From: Octopus vulgaris
Taxonomy: Eukaryota
Assembly (NCBI GenBank): GCA_951406725.2
Contig: OX597816.1
Span: forward strand, 124,001-188,000
Length of the DNA stretch: 64,000 nucleotides
Direction of reading: 5' to 3'
This document shows, piece after piece, positions 1 to 12,245 of the stretch (position 1 is the first letter of the stretch; each line of letters begins with the position of its first letter). Below the pieces are notes generated by a model. That model was not told where the DNA came from. It was given only the letters and a program-made list of their open reading frames with translations, and ran no database searches. The translations under genes and the position numbers were made by a program.

Positions 1-1200
1 TATGGATGTAATATATCTCAATTTTGCAAAGGCCTTTAAGGTGGATCATAGAAGATGTCACAAGTCATGGAAACTTGGCATAGCTGGGAAACTGGAAAAC
101 TGGTTGCATGACTTAAAAGACAGAAGCCAGGTTGTGGAAGCAATGGGGCCCTCTCCAAGGAGACAGTAATAGAGAGTGGAGTGCCTTAGGTAAATGTATT
201 GGGGCTACTGTTGTTCATGGTGGCTCTTTCAGATGTACCATCAGTTTGACAGCTACACTAACTAGCTATGCTGATGATACAAAAGTAGTACAAGCAGTCA
301 AAGGACCTTCTGGTGTTAATCTTCTACAGATAGACCCAGATGCCATATATAAATGGGGTGAAGAAAACAACATGCAATTTAATGTAGGTAAACACCAAGT
401 CCTCCACTACCAGCTAATAGGTGCTCACAAGCTGCAACAATCATACTTTGGACCAAAAGTAGTGGCAATCCCAGAGTCATATACAGTGTGTTATCTGGGG
501 ATTGATATGAACAATGATGCCTCATTTCATGTGCCGCCAAGATGTTGACAGTATGCAGGCAAACGGCCAGGTAAATTCTGAGAACCTTCAGAATAAGGGA
601 CCAGGACACTATGCTGGTTCTATGAAGGACATTTGTACTCAGCTATCTGGATTACTGCTCTCAACTGTGGTCACCCTACAGAACTTGAAATAGTTCAGCA
701 GTGTTACACCAGGAAGATTGCATTGCTACTGGGAGATACTGAAAGAACTACTATTCAACTCCCTGGAACAAAGATGGGAGAGGTATGCAGTGATGTATGT
801 ATGGAAGATCCTGGAAGAGTTGTCGCCAAACTTTGCTATCAAGAGCTATACCAGACTCTGAACTGGACATTACTGCACTGTCCAAATGTCTCAGCTATCC
901 ATGTGAAGCCCATGTACTGCAATAGCTTGGGATTCAAGGACCCACTACTATTTAACGCTTTCCAAAACATCTGAGTGATCTTTATGGAATAGGGATAGAT
1001 GTTTTCAAGAAACAGCTTGACTTTCTGCTATCCAAGGTCACAGATGAACCTATATCGAGGCAAGAGACTCAAAAATGGGCAGCAGTGTCAAACTCCCTCC
1101 TTCACCAAAAGCCAATCAAATAAAATTGGCCATTGAAAAGTGATTACACTGGTGGTGCTCCAGCATGGCCACAGTCTTAGAGCTGAAACGTATAAAAGAA
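1..1200 (+). mobile_element. Degenerate 3' part of a CR1/L2/Proto2-type LINE (RT and 3' tail)
   Basis: Translates with disruptions to MDVIYLNFAKAF..VDH, SYADDTKVVQ, WGEENNMQFNVGK, YLGIDMNND and KVTDEP. Ends in GGTGGTGCTCCAGCATGGCCACAGTC..GAAAC, similar to the tail of the LINE at 32.5 kb. Confidence 0.85.
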
Positions 1201-1207
1201 TATATAT

Positions 1208-1494
1208 CTTCATCATTTAACATCTGCATCTATGCTGGCATGGGTTAGATGGTTTGACTGGAATTTGTAAGCCAGAGAGCTGCACCAGGTTCCAGTCTGA
1301 TTTGGCATGGTTTCTATGGCTGGACACCCTTCCTAATGGCAACCACTCCAAGTGTGTAATGGGTGCTTTTTACATGCCACCAGCATGGCTGCCGTTTACA
1401 GGGCACTGGCAATGGCCATGACTACGGTTTCACAGGTGCCATTTACATAACATTGTCAATAGCCACAATGACAATTTCACTTGGCTTGATGAAG

Positions 1495-1495
<1 letters not shown>
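1208..1495 (-). mobile_element. Short RTE-tail retroposon
   Basis: Reverse complement of the recurring tail AAAGCACC..GAGTGGTTG..TTAGGAAGGG..CCAGC..AACCCATGCCAGCAT..GTTAAATGATGA. Confidence 0.75.
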
Positions 1496-1526
<31 letters not shown>

Positions 1527-2889
1527 CCAAGTTTTGGAGTTCTTTCTCTATTCCATATCAACTTGAGCTTCAGTGAATGAATCACGACAAAATCTTAAGG
1601 ACTAGATGTTTATTGTTGACAGCTGCACCAAAGAACTTCTTTTTCCATGCTATCATTATTCCCTATCATTTTAAGGTTGCCATTCCCTATCACATGAAGG
1701 TTGTTGCTATTCTCTATCACTTTGAAGTTTATTAGAAACTCTGAAAATAACACATGAAACTGTTAAAATGATTTTCCTGTATCATTTGCAGGAAAACCTA
1801 TTTGGTGTGGTGGGTTCATGTTTATTTCAAATATTTTTATATCTCACAATCTCGTTTCATAGCTACAGTTCCTTCTTTATGTAGATAAAATATCTTGTTT
1901 ATTCTCATCAGATATGATTAGATTGGTTGTTATCTTTATGATTAAATAGCATGTTTCTGGAACACGCATAAAATTCAAGTGAAACTATTTGTTTTTTTCT
2001 TCTTTTATATTTTTCTTTCTATAAAACCTATTATGAAATCTATGTCTGTTTATGCAACCAGCCATCTCTTTTGTCATTCAGCCATAAATACAGATATTTA
2101 TAACAGTCATCATCATGTGAGGGATCTCCAGCATACAACCTATTTTGTACTCATACTCTCTGTGTCTCTTTCACACAAACATGCAAGCTTGTATTCATTC
2201 ATGTACTCATGCTCATACACTTGCTTTAGCTTTTGAACATACTCTAAAATGTGAACACTTTCTGAAATGTGTACATGCATTTAAATATGCACACACACTG
2301 TAACACTTGTAAGCAGGTGCAAACTCACATAAAGCTCTAATATTTGTACACATACCTATTCACTTACGCACCTGTGTACATATGAGATATAAATCAGAAC
2401 TTCAAGTCTGCAAATCACTTAGAGTGCTGCTCACAAATCGATGAGGGATTGTCAATGCAGTTGCTTAATTTCTAGTAACAGAAGCCAAATTTGACTTCAG
2501 TTCATGCTCCAACACAATGTAGCCCTTGAAGCTCTATGTCTACATGTAATACTGGATAATCACAGCTGGAATACCTTTGATCCTACTTCTGCTCAATCAG
2601 AGCTGACTCAAAGCTAAACTATAGCTATAACAATGTTGCTAATAAGATAACTAAGTCAGTGGTATGGTTTAGTGTAGGATTGGGCTTTAGTTCTTGAGCT
2701 TTTTGGGTGGTTGGTAGTTTGGCATCCTTTCAACTTGGTCTGGCATGTCTTTGAGAAGTTCAGTCAAGACTTCTTGAAAATATTAAGAATGCAACTGGAG
2801 TAAACTGTTGATAGGAATAAACCAAAATTTGAGAATGCAAGATAAAAGGGGTGGGGGGAACATAATAAGGGAAGTTTTCTAATCGAGAA

Positions 2890-3260
2890 TTTGTGTGGAG
2901 CAAGCACTCTGAAAAATGGTGATTTCAGTCTTATTGTGAGGCACCTTAGGCAAAGTGTCTTCTATTATAACTTTGGATCAACCAATGCTTTCTGGTTGAA
3001 TTTGGTAAATAGAAATGGAAGGAAGCATATGTGTGTGGGGAGGTGTCTCTTTGTCTTGGCATTGTGTTGTGGTTGTAAATGAATGTCACTTTCATACAAG
3101 CAGCGTCAATCATTTCCAATATTCTACAAAAACATGTCTGGCCATGGGGAAATGTTACCTTGCTTACAAACAAGTGGAGGTTGGTAATAGGAAGAGCATT
3201 TGGTTATAGAAAATTTGCCTCAACAAATTCCATCTGATCCTTGCAAGCATTAATATGATG
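2890..3260 (+). mobile_element. SINE, degenerate head with RTE-type tail
   Basis: GGCACCTTAGGCAAAGTGTCTTCT core and the shared tail GGAAATGTTACCTTGCTT..GGTTGGTAATAGGAAGAGCAT. Confidence 0.65.
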
Positions 3261-3438
3261 TGTTAGTTTTCAAAAATGATAATAATAATAGCAACAACAA
3301 TAATAATAATGTAATGGGCAAGATATATGCCTTTTGGTTTCTGTTCCTGAGGCAGTCAAGGAGATAGAATGATCTGCAATTTAATTCAGAAGCCATCAGC
3401 AGTAAAAATATATGTATAGCAGACATTAAATGATGATG

Positions 3439-3444
<6 letters not shown>

Positions 3445-3478
<34 letters not shown>

Positions 3479-4133
3479 ATATATATATATGTGTGTATAT
3501 ATATATATATATGTGTATATATATATATATATGTGTATATATATATATATGTGTATATATATATATGTGTGTATATATATATATGTGTGTGTATATATAT
3601 ATATGTGTGTATATATATATATGTGTGTATATATATATATGTGTGTATATATATATATATGTGTGTATATATATATATATGTGTGTATATATATATATAT
3701 GTGTGTATATATATATATATGTGTGTATATATATATATGTGTGTATATATATATATATGTGTGTATATATATATATATGTGTATGTATATATATATATGT
3801 GTGTGTGTGTGTATGTATATATATATGTGTGTGTGTGTGTGTATGTATATATATGTGTGTGTGTATGTATATATATATGTGTGTGTGTGTATATATATAT
3901 ATGTGTGTGTGTGTATGTATATATGTGTGTGTGTGTGTATGTATATATATGTGTGTGTGTGTATGTATATGTATATATGTGTGTGTGTGTATGTATATGT
4001 ATATATATGTGTGTGTGTGTATGTATATGTATATATGTATATATGTGTGTATATGTATATGTATATATGTGTGTGTATGTATATGTATATATGTGTGTGT
4101 GTGTGTATATATATATATGTGTGTGTGTGTATG

Positions 4134-4164
<31 letters not shown>

Positions 4165-4377
4165 ATGTATATGTGTGTGTGTGTGTGTGTGTATGTATAT
4201 ATGTGTGTGTGTATGTATATGTGTGTGTGTGTATGTATATATGTGTGTGTATGTATATATATATGTGTGTGTGTGTGTGTATGTATATATATGTGTGTAT
4301 GTATATATGTGTGTGTATGTATATGTGTGTGTGTGTGTATATGTATATAGATATATATAGCAGACATTAAATGATGA

Positions 4378-4409
<32 letters not shown>
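3445..4409. repeat. ~1 kb compound (TA)n/(TG)n microsatellite
   Basis: Seen directly. It produces the spurious YI/CV/HT ORFs. Confidence 0.98.
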
Positions 4410-4411
<2 letters not shown>

Positions 4412-4491
4412 ATAATAATAGTGATTGTTTCCTATTAGGAACAATAGGGTTAATAGGACTGCTATAGAAGTGCTCAAGTAAATGAGATGAG

Positions 4492-5369
4492 TATAACAAA
4501 CTTTGATTGTAGAACAAACAACAAATTTAAGGTCATCCACCCAACATATCACATCTCAGACATAATGCTTTTTCTTATACATAAAATCACAGAAGATGAA
4601 ACAATAATCATTTAGACAAGCATATAAAAAAAAAATGTGTGAGGACAGTCTATCGCAATTAAGAATCAATACTTCAGCGACTAAAAAAAAATTTTTTAAC
4701 ATTACAACATCTAGAATAATAAATATATAAAAAAAATATAAAAATACATATATATATATAGGAAACATATAAATATATAATATATAAGGTAAGATAAAAG
4801 TTCATTGATTAGGAAATTTTTCGATTAAAGAAGTCTCGCCTTGGTATGTGATGTTTTATTATTTTCCTCTGATGAAGGAGTCATTATCGTAATGCACCCT
4901 TGTGCATTAAATACGCTGATGAACCCCTGAAATGGCCATAGGGACTGTAAATATGGCTTTTTCTTTTTTGCTTGGACACTGGCTTTTCTTAATAGGTTTT
5001 CCCCTTATCTTAAAAAGTAATTTTTAATCGAAAAAATTCCTTATCTTACCTTATATATTTATATGTTTCCTATATATATGTATTTTTATATATTTATATA
5101 TTTTTATAATTTTTATGTATTTATTATTCTAGATGTTATAATGTTAAAAAAAATTTTTTAGTTGCTGAAGTATTAATTTTTAATTGTGATAGACTGTCCT
5201 CACACATTTTTTTAATTTGCTTGTCTAAATGATTATTGTTTCATCATCTGTGATTTCATACATCTGTATTCTATGTATAAGAGAAAGCATTATGTGATTA
5301 AATGTTTGAGATGTGATATGTTGGGTGGATGACCTTAAATCTGTTGTTTGTTCTACAACCAAAGTTTGT

Positions 5370-5373
<4 letters not shown>
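4492..5373. repeat. Long inverted repeat (arms ~4492-4829 and ~5023-5373), probable Penelope-like remnant
   Basis: TATAACAAACTTTGATTGTAGAACAAACAAC... is mirrored by ...GTTGTTTGTTCTACAACCAAAGTTTGTTATA. Similarity continues to GGAAATTTTTCGATTAAA / TTTAATCGAAAAAATTCC. Lies between TA tracts. Confidence 0.9.
4865..4944 (+). ncRNA. Type I hammerhead-ribozyme-like motif
   Basis: TCCT, then CTGATGA (4869-4875), an extended stem II (AGG/CCT, TCAT/ATGA, CGTA/TACG, ATGCAC/GTGCAT), GAAA (4929-4932), T-GGCC-ATA and GGGA pairing back to TCCT. Confidence 0.65.
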
Positions 5374-5405
<32 letters not shown>

Positions 5406-5717
5406 ACAGGTGTATTAGTGCAATGAATTATATCTAATGTAGGAGTTAAGAGAAGCCAATTAGAACAGTTTAAAACTAGTAGGTCAAACCATGGAATTGG
5501 CTTAGAGTTTTTTTGCCAGTGAGGTAATTAGGATTAGTAGTATGTAATTTATTTCAATGTAGGACCATGGATATGACATTCATAGCCTAATAATTAGAAG
5601 TATCAGATTAATTATTGGTTAGTGACCATTGTGAATGTCAAATCAGAATAAGATAACTCCTCCTCCCATGAGGCTAAAAATAGATTAGTATCTTATCAGT
5701 TAATATTATTATCATAA

Positions 5718-6105
5718 AGAAGCCAGTGAGCTGGTCAAATTGTTATTGTTCTGAGTTCAAATGCCTCTGGAGTTGACTTTGCCATTCATACTTTCAGGGT
5801 TGATAAAATAGGTACCAATTGAGCACTGGGGTTGTTATAATTGACTTACCCCCCCCCCCCCAAGTCACTGGCCCTGTGGCAAAATTTGAAACCAACATTA
5901 TTGTCATAAAGAAAGTGGCAGAGTAGCAGAATCATTAGCCCACCTGGTAAACTGCTTAGTGGAATTTCATTCATACATAGATTCCAGCAAGATTATCTTT
6001 GCCAAATCATACTTTTGAGGTTGATAAAAATAAGAACCAGTTGAATACTTGGGTGATGTAACTAACTAGCCCTTTCACCCAAAATTTCAGGCTTTGTGCC
6101 TGATA
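5718..6105 (+). mobile_element. Two adjacent copies of a second SINE family
   Basis: GAGCTGG..TTCTGAGTTCAAAT..GTTGACTTTGCC..GGGTTGATAAAATAGGTACC..CTGGGGT. Related copies at 21825(-), 26610(+) and 58135(-). Confidence 0.65.
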
Positions 6106-6129
6106 GAATTTGTTGAGGCAGATTTTTTA

Positions 6130-6790
6130 TGAAAAATTTAGTTTGGAGAGATTTTGGGTGTCTTGTATTAGTTGTATGTCTGCAGGAGCTTTTGGTCCTT
6201 ACACAGACAGCTCTATTATGTTGTGATCCGAGATCAGCATCAGTGTCACTTCAACATTATGGATATGTCCAAATCATTTGTGAAGCAGAGATCCAGTATA
6301 TTATTTGGATGGTTGTATCACAATTTGCTCCCTCCATAAAAGAAGCATAGGTCATGTGGAGCAGGGACTCCGCTTGTGCTTGTTGGTGGTGTCTCATTCC
6401 TGGGAGAATCTGGCCTCCAGGCCATCCCACATTGGGGAAGTTAAAGTCACCCAAAAACAATACACTGATGTGTTGTTCCAGTTTCATGAGAACTTCTCTT
6501 ATATTTGCTAAGCAGTCTTCAAACTTGCCTGTATGACTCAGAGCATCTGATGGGCGATGTGTAGTACATATAGCAATATTGAATTGTATTGTGTACAATT
6601 TGAGTGTCACAAACTGAATTTGAATATGACAGAAGGACCTGGAGTGTGAGTTCCTCTCAGATGTACAGAGCAACTCTATCATAGCTCCTCTCTTTTCTGT
6701 CTGAGCATATGACAACTCATTGTGGTATTTGTATTTCTGCATTCCTACATCAGGTCTGAGATGTGTTTCTACAAATGCCATGCATAAAGC
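6130..6790 (-). mobile_element. LINE apurinic-endonuclease fragment
   Basis: ORF 6257-6781 contains AFVETHL, THRP and VLFLGDFNFPNVGWP, which are APE motifs. Frameshifted. Confidence 0.8.
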
Positions 6791-6892
6791 TAGATTTTAG
6801 TATGTATATGTATGAGTATATTTGTGTGTGTGTGTGTGTATGTATATATATATATATGTATGGGTATATATATGTGTGTGTATATATATATA

Positions 6893-7290
6893 CAAGCAGT
6901 ATAGCTCGGCATTGCTCGGGTTTGTTTTCTTTTCGACCCTTTTGAATTGGAATTTTTGAAAAGTAAGAATTTTGCATTATGTAGCTTGTTATTCTCTTTA
7001 AGTAAACATTTTTATGGTTGAAATACACTGAAAAATGTCGACACAGCAGTAAAACAAACATTAAAAAAAAAAGATTTTCATAGAAAAAAAGCACCTTTTT
7101 GATGTAAATAATTTTTGGTGTTAACATGGTCCGATTTGAATTTTTTCTTCTATGGAATGAAGAGCAAGCCTTCTTCTATCATACTCTCAATTTTGGTCAA
7201 CTTGCGCCGCAGGGTCTTGGAGGAGATAGTGTTAGTTGAAAGCTGCCAAACCTGTCACACACACACAGACAAATTCAGCTTTATATATAA
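6893..7290 (-). mobile_element. Non-autonomous Helitron-like element
   Basis: Minus-strand 3' end CCCGAGCAATGCCGAGCTATACTGCTTG (hairpin plus degenerate CTAG), matching the neighbouring copy. Confidence 0.65.
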
Positions 7291-7385
7291 AAAAATATAT
7301 ATATCCATATATATATATATATATATGAATAAAAAATGGAGTTAACGCAGGTTTAAACAAGTATATATATATATATATATATATA

Positions 7386-7899
7386 CTAGCAGTATCGCCC
7401 GGCGTTGCTCGGGTTTGTAAGGGAAATAACTATATAAGCATTTTTAGAGAGTTACTTCCCTTATAGATGCCAATTCGGGCTTTCTTAGCCATTTCCGTTT
7501 TGGTGTCTTCAAGCCATGAAGTCGTTGTTCTAAAAGAACGCTGGTCTCCTTGACAACGCATTACGACGTTGATTTCCTTAAACTCCCTTCCCCACAGCTT
7601 CACGAGGGAGGGAAGAAGGGGGAGAAGCAAACACAGGTGCAGGTGTTTGAGCGTGGACGCCAACTCCGCCGCCATTGACACACGAAAAATTATGCATTAA
7701 AATGGAATAAAAAATGTTAAATTATTTTTAAAATCGTAGACTCATCGTAGACGCGTGCTAATAGCCAGACGGGCTTGATATTAATCACGACTATAAGATA
7801 CCCGAATTTGGTTAAACTGCACCGCAAAATGTGGGAGGAGTTAGGAATCTAAATCGTAGGAGACAGACACTCACACAACTACAGTTTTATATATATAGA
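7386..7899 (-). mobile_element. Non-autonomous Helitron
   Basis: Minus strand starts A|TCTATATATATAAAAC and ends CCCGAGCAACGCCGGG-CGATACTG-CTAG|T. This gives a 5' TC, a subterminal GC hairpin, a 3' CTAG and an A|T target. CpG-rich. Confidence 0.85.
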
Positions 7900-8110
7900 T
7901 ATGGGTATATGTATATATGTATATATATGGGTATATGTATATATGTATATATATGGGTATATGTATATATGTATATATATGGGTATATGTATATATCTAT
8001 ATATATGGGTATATGTATATATATGGGTATATGTATATATATGGGTATATGTATATATATATGGGTATATGTGTGTGTATATATGTATGTATGTATGTAT
8101 GTATATATAT
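7900..8110. repeat. Minisatellite built on ATATGGGTATATGTAT units
   Basis: GGGTATATGT recurs about 8 times at 18-30 bp spacing. Confidence 0.9.
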
Positions 8111-8239
8111 CCAAGCTCATACAAGGCTCACATTAGACTTCTCACTCATTTCATTATCAAACTAAGAGTTTAACCACAGTCTATCTATAGCACTTACTTA
8201 ACATTACCCAACACTCTTTGGATCTTCTAGACATCAATA

Positions 8240-9287
8240 CTCCTTCTGGGAGATAACCTTGCTTGATATATAAGAAGGGTTTGGTAGAAACTTCATGTGT
8301 TGTACCCAGTGCAAGCTTTGGACACACAAGAGGTGTAGCAGTATCACAGGAAGGTTAACAGAGAATATTGCCTTTGTGTGTGGCAAATCTGCAGGTACAA
8401 CAAACACTAAAAGTGTGGAAACAACAGTCTCCCTCATTTGCTTGGTAGTGGTGTTGTGTGTGTGTGTGTGTGGGGGGGAATCACTAGAAGTAGTAAATAG
8501 TTTTTGTTACCTAGAAGATCAAGTTAGCAGTGGTGGAAGAAGTTCTTAAAGTATAGTTGCTAGGATAAGAACAGGCTGGGCAAAGTTCAGAGAGCTTTTA
8601 TTTTTGTTGGTAACTAAGGGCCTCTCTCTCAAAGTGAAAGGCAGATCGTATGATGTCTGTGTACGTACAGCTATGCCACATGGCAGTGAAATGTGAGCTT
8701 TGACTATAGAGGACTTGCAAAAGATTGAAAGAAATGAAGCCAGTAAGCACTGCTGGATGGGTAATGTCAGTGTGTATGTGCAACAGTATGTAAATGATTC
8801 AAGAGGAAAATTGGGTATAACAGGCATCAGATGTTGTGTGCAAGAGAGAAGACTGTGCTGGTTTGGTCATGTGATGTGTATGGATGAGGACAGCTGAATA
8901 AAGAAGTGCTGAGCTCTAATTGTGGAGGGTACCTGTGGAGGAGGAAGACCCAGGAAGTTGTGGGACAAAGAGGTGAGAAAGGATCTTCAGATGCTGGGCC
9001 TCACTGAGGTAATGATGAGGGACTGGGAGATGTAGTAATTTGATGTATTTGATAAGATGCATCAAGCTAAGTAAAGTTGATATCTTCCTCACATACAGGC
9101 TTGTCCTTTCAGGTGCTGGTGGCATGTGAAAAACTCCCAGCACACTCTGTTGAGTGGTTGGCATTAGGAGGGGCATTCAGCCAGGGAAACTATGCCACAA
9201 CAGACAGCTGGAGTCTGGGCAGATCCCTGCTAACCAGCTCTGTCAAATTGTCCAACCCATGGAAAGTGGATGTTGATGATGATGATT
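8240..9287 (+). mobile_element. 5'-truncated RTE-clade LINE
   Basis: CTQCKLWTHKRC, ESLEVVNSFCYLED, GWAKFREL..KGLSLKVKG, ERRLCWFGHV and a (GAT)n tail. Confidence 0.9.
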
Positions 9288-9837
9288 TCTCTGTTGTAAT
9301 TAAATTAGTAAGATGAGTAATTAACAAATGATTGTTTCATTAGCAAAGAATATGAAAAGATGGTATTTTATCTAAGGTTAACTCTTTAACTGTCTCTTAT
9401 GCAAATGAAAGCTCAACATAGGAAAAGCATTCTTTATCACTATCTTAATGTTCAATTTTCCATACTTGTATTGATTGAACAGAATTTGTTGAGGTGAATT
9501 TTTCACTGCTGGATGCCCTCCTTATCACCAACCCTCAACTGTTACCAAATAAGATAATATTTCCCCATGATCAGACACCACTTGCATGATGCTGCCACTC
9601 CTTCACAATCAGGATATCAAAGCAAGAAGACAATAACAACCAGATTCGTTCACATGACTTTGGTTGGCACAAGGATAGAGTAGAAAACATTTGCCTAATG
9701 TGCCATGAATGGGATTGCACCTGAGGCCATGTGGTTGGGAAGCAAACTTCTTACCACACAGCCGTACTTGCGCCAAAGTATGCCTGCTCCTTCAGTGAGG
9801 AAATTTTCATTTCAGTTATCCATGCAGTTATATATAT

Positions 9838-11600
9838 AGCCTCGAGTAGAGTAGAAAGGAGGGAGCAAAGATGCAGTGTGTTTATCAGAAAATGGCTTGG
9901 TCTGCCGAAACCACTGAATACAACTGCACTATATGGAAAACCCGTGCTGCAACTACCAATAACATCAATCGCTGAAGAATATAAGGCAGGAAAGGCAAAG
10001 ACAGTAATGATGCTACGGTATTCAAAAGATCAGAGCATCCGGGAAAACCCTCCAAAGGTATGAACAGGAAGGAAATGGAAGGCGGAAGAGGCAGTAAACA
10101 GGGCGATCGGAAAACTAAGGCACGCAGATATAGTCGGAGCGACGCAAGAAGCTAGAACCGGCCTAGGGTCGCAAAAGTTCAGGCCATTTTGTAAGAGCTG
10201 TATAAAAGAGATGAAAGAGGCAGTGGTACATGAAGTGAGAAAGGAGGAAGAAGAAATGTACATTTGGTGCAATGCAGTCAACAGGGACAGTGCCTGAGAT
10301 GGGAGGAATATGTGATCAACCGCAGAATATCATGGAAGGAACTTTGGGCTTGGAAACAAGCAAGGACATCCTTCCTGATCAAGTCTACCTTCGACGTTCT
10401 ACCCTCACCAGCGAAATTAGTCTGGTGGAACATAAACAAAACCGATGAGTGTAGATGCGGAGAGAAAGCGACGGTTAGACATGTTCTGTCAGGTTGCAGA
10501 CTAGCACTTGAAAGATATACATGGAGGCATAATCAAGTCCTCGGCGTCATAAGCGCAGCACTCAAGGAGAAGATCGAAAGGTATGATAGGGGAGAGTACC
10601 CAAAAGTAGAAAAGCGCAGGAAAGTATACTTCCACAAGGAGGGAAAAGGTTATAAAACCAGGCCTACAAGTAAAGTATACAAGATAGACGAAAGATGGAA
10701 GGGATACTGGGAGGTGGCCACGGACTTGGAAAAACAAGTAGTATTTCCACTAATAAAAACAACAAAAAGACTGGATTTAGTTCTATGGAACAGAGACCGG
10801 AGAATGGAAATTTTACTACAACTGACAGTACCTTGGGAAGAAAACATCAGCAATGCAGAGGAACAAAAGGAGAAGAGGTATGAAAAGCTAATCGAAGAAT
10901 GCAGAGAACAGGGATGGAATGTCGAATATTATCACCTGGCAGTGGGGGCTAGGGGCTTCATTGAAAAGAAAATGACAACGCTTTTCAAAAGAAGATTTGT
11001 TTTTTCTAGCCCCGAGCTGCGTAAACTAATAAGGAGAGTACAGGAGGCAGTCGTAAAAGCCAGCTTCTATATATGGCTGAAGCGGGAACACCGAAAATGG
11101 CTTGAAAGTCATAAACACGCCGACAGGAAATAACATCATTAGGTGAGACAAGATGACTGAATCAGCTTCGCTGACTGACAGGTGACAGTCGTTTAGAAAA
11201 AGCGCGGGCTAAAACTACGTGCCTTCACTAATCAGTTAAGGTGAGACAGTGTCACGTGACAACTTGCTGGGGCTGCCTGCTGGAGCCTATGCGGCAGGTA
11301 TTTAAAGGGAGAAATTTGACAAGACAGTCAGTCACTGGCTGACACTCGCTGACGATACATCGAAGAGGCCAGGGAACAGAAGAAAGAAGAAGAAAGAAGA
11401 CATGCACCCAACACCAGAGCTGAAGACACCTCCGAAAGGGGAGGCCCCGCCACATCAAAACAGTAGAGGAGTAGGGGCAGAAACCGGACGTGGTTCCTCC
11501 TGATGATGTCTTGAGCTAACTGGATCCTATAAAGGAGCTGTTGCGGTAGCAGACCACGAAACACGGTTGTAATTCCTCCATGGAATCTAGCCATGGTATT
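9838..11600 (+). mobile_element. 5'-truncated Hero/R2-group non-LTR retrotransposon with restriction-like endonuclease
   Basis: FIRKWLGLP..LYGK..LQLP, TGRKWKAEEAV, CCHC knuckle CRCGEKATVRHVLSGC, YTWRHNQVL and RLE region KRLDLVLW..LLQLTVPWEEN..KRYEKL. One stop at 10061 and a frameshift. About 470 bp of 3' UTR. Confidence 0.9.
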
Positions 11601-12199
11601 ATCATATTATTATAATGGTGACTTGTATCTGAACAGACCTGTTTGATCTATGGAAACTTAGAGAAAGAAAGAAGGAAAATGAAGGCATGAAATGTTGATG
11701 GCATTGCCAAATATGTGGATTGCATCACAATTGACAGACACACTACAACTAAGCTTATATTTCAACAAATTTCCCTAATACTGCCAACCTGCTAAATTAC
11801 AAATTGAAATCCGTGCTTAAGCTTTTGTCCCTCCAGTATTTTCAGGTTGTAAGTTAAACCCTAATATAATTAGTAAATTTGTAGAAATCAATTCAGGCTA
11901 CCCATAATTCAATGCATCAACTATTTACCTTCATCGTTACTGGCTCTGATTCCTGTTTTGATTTTCTTAGACATAATTATCATTGTTTTATTATCCACTT
12001 TTCCTCACTTGCAAGGGTCAGGTAGAATTTATTAAGACAGATTTTCTACAGTTGGATGTCCTTCATGTCACCAATCCATTTTTGTTTCCAAACAATAGAA
12101 TATTTCCCATTATTGGACAAGTTTTCATGGAAAGTTGGAAACAAATGACACTGCTCTTATGACAGTGGCATTCATAATTATCATATGATGTCAAGACAA

Positions 12200-12245
<46 letters not shown>

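Noticed and set aside
3426-4517. 300-360 aa ORFs on both strands
   Set aside because: These are translations of a TA/TG microsatellite.
7831-8173. Multiple Y/I/G-rich ORFs
   Set aside because: These are translations of a minisatellite.
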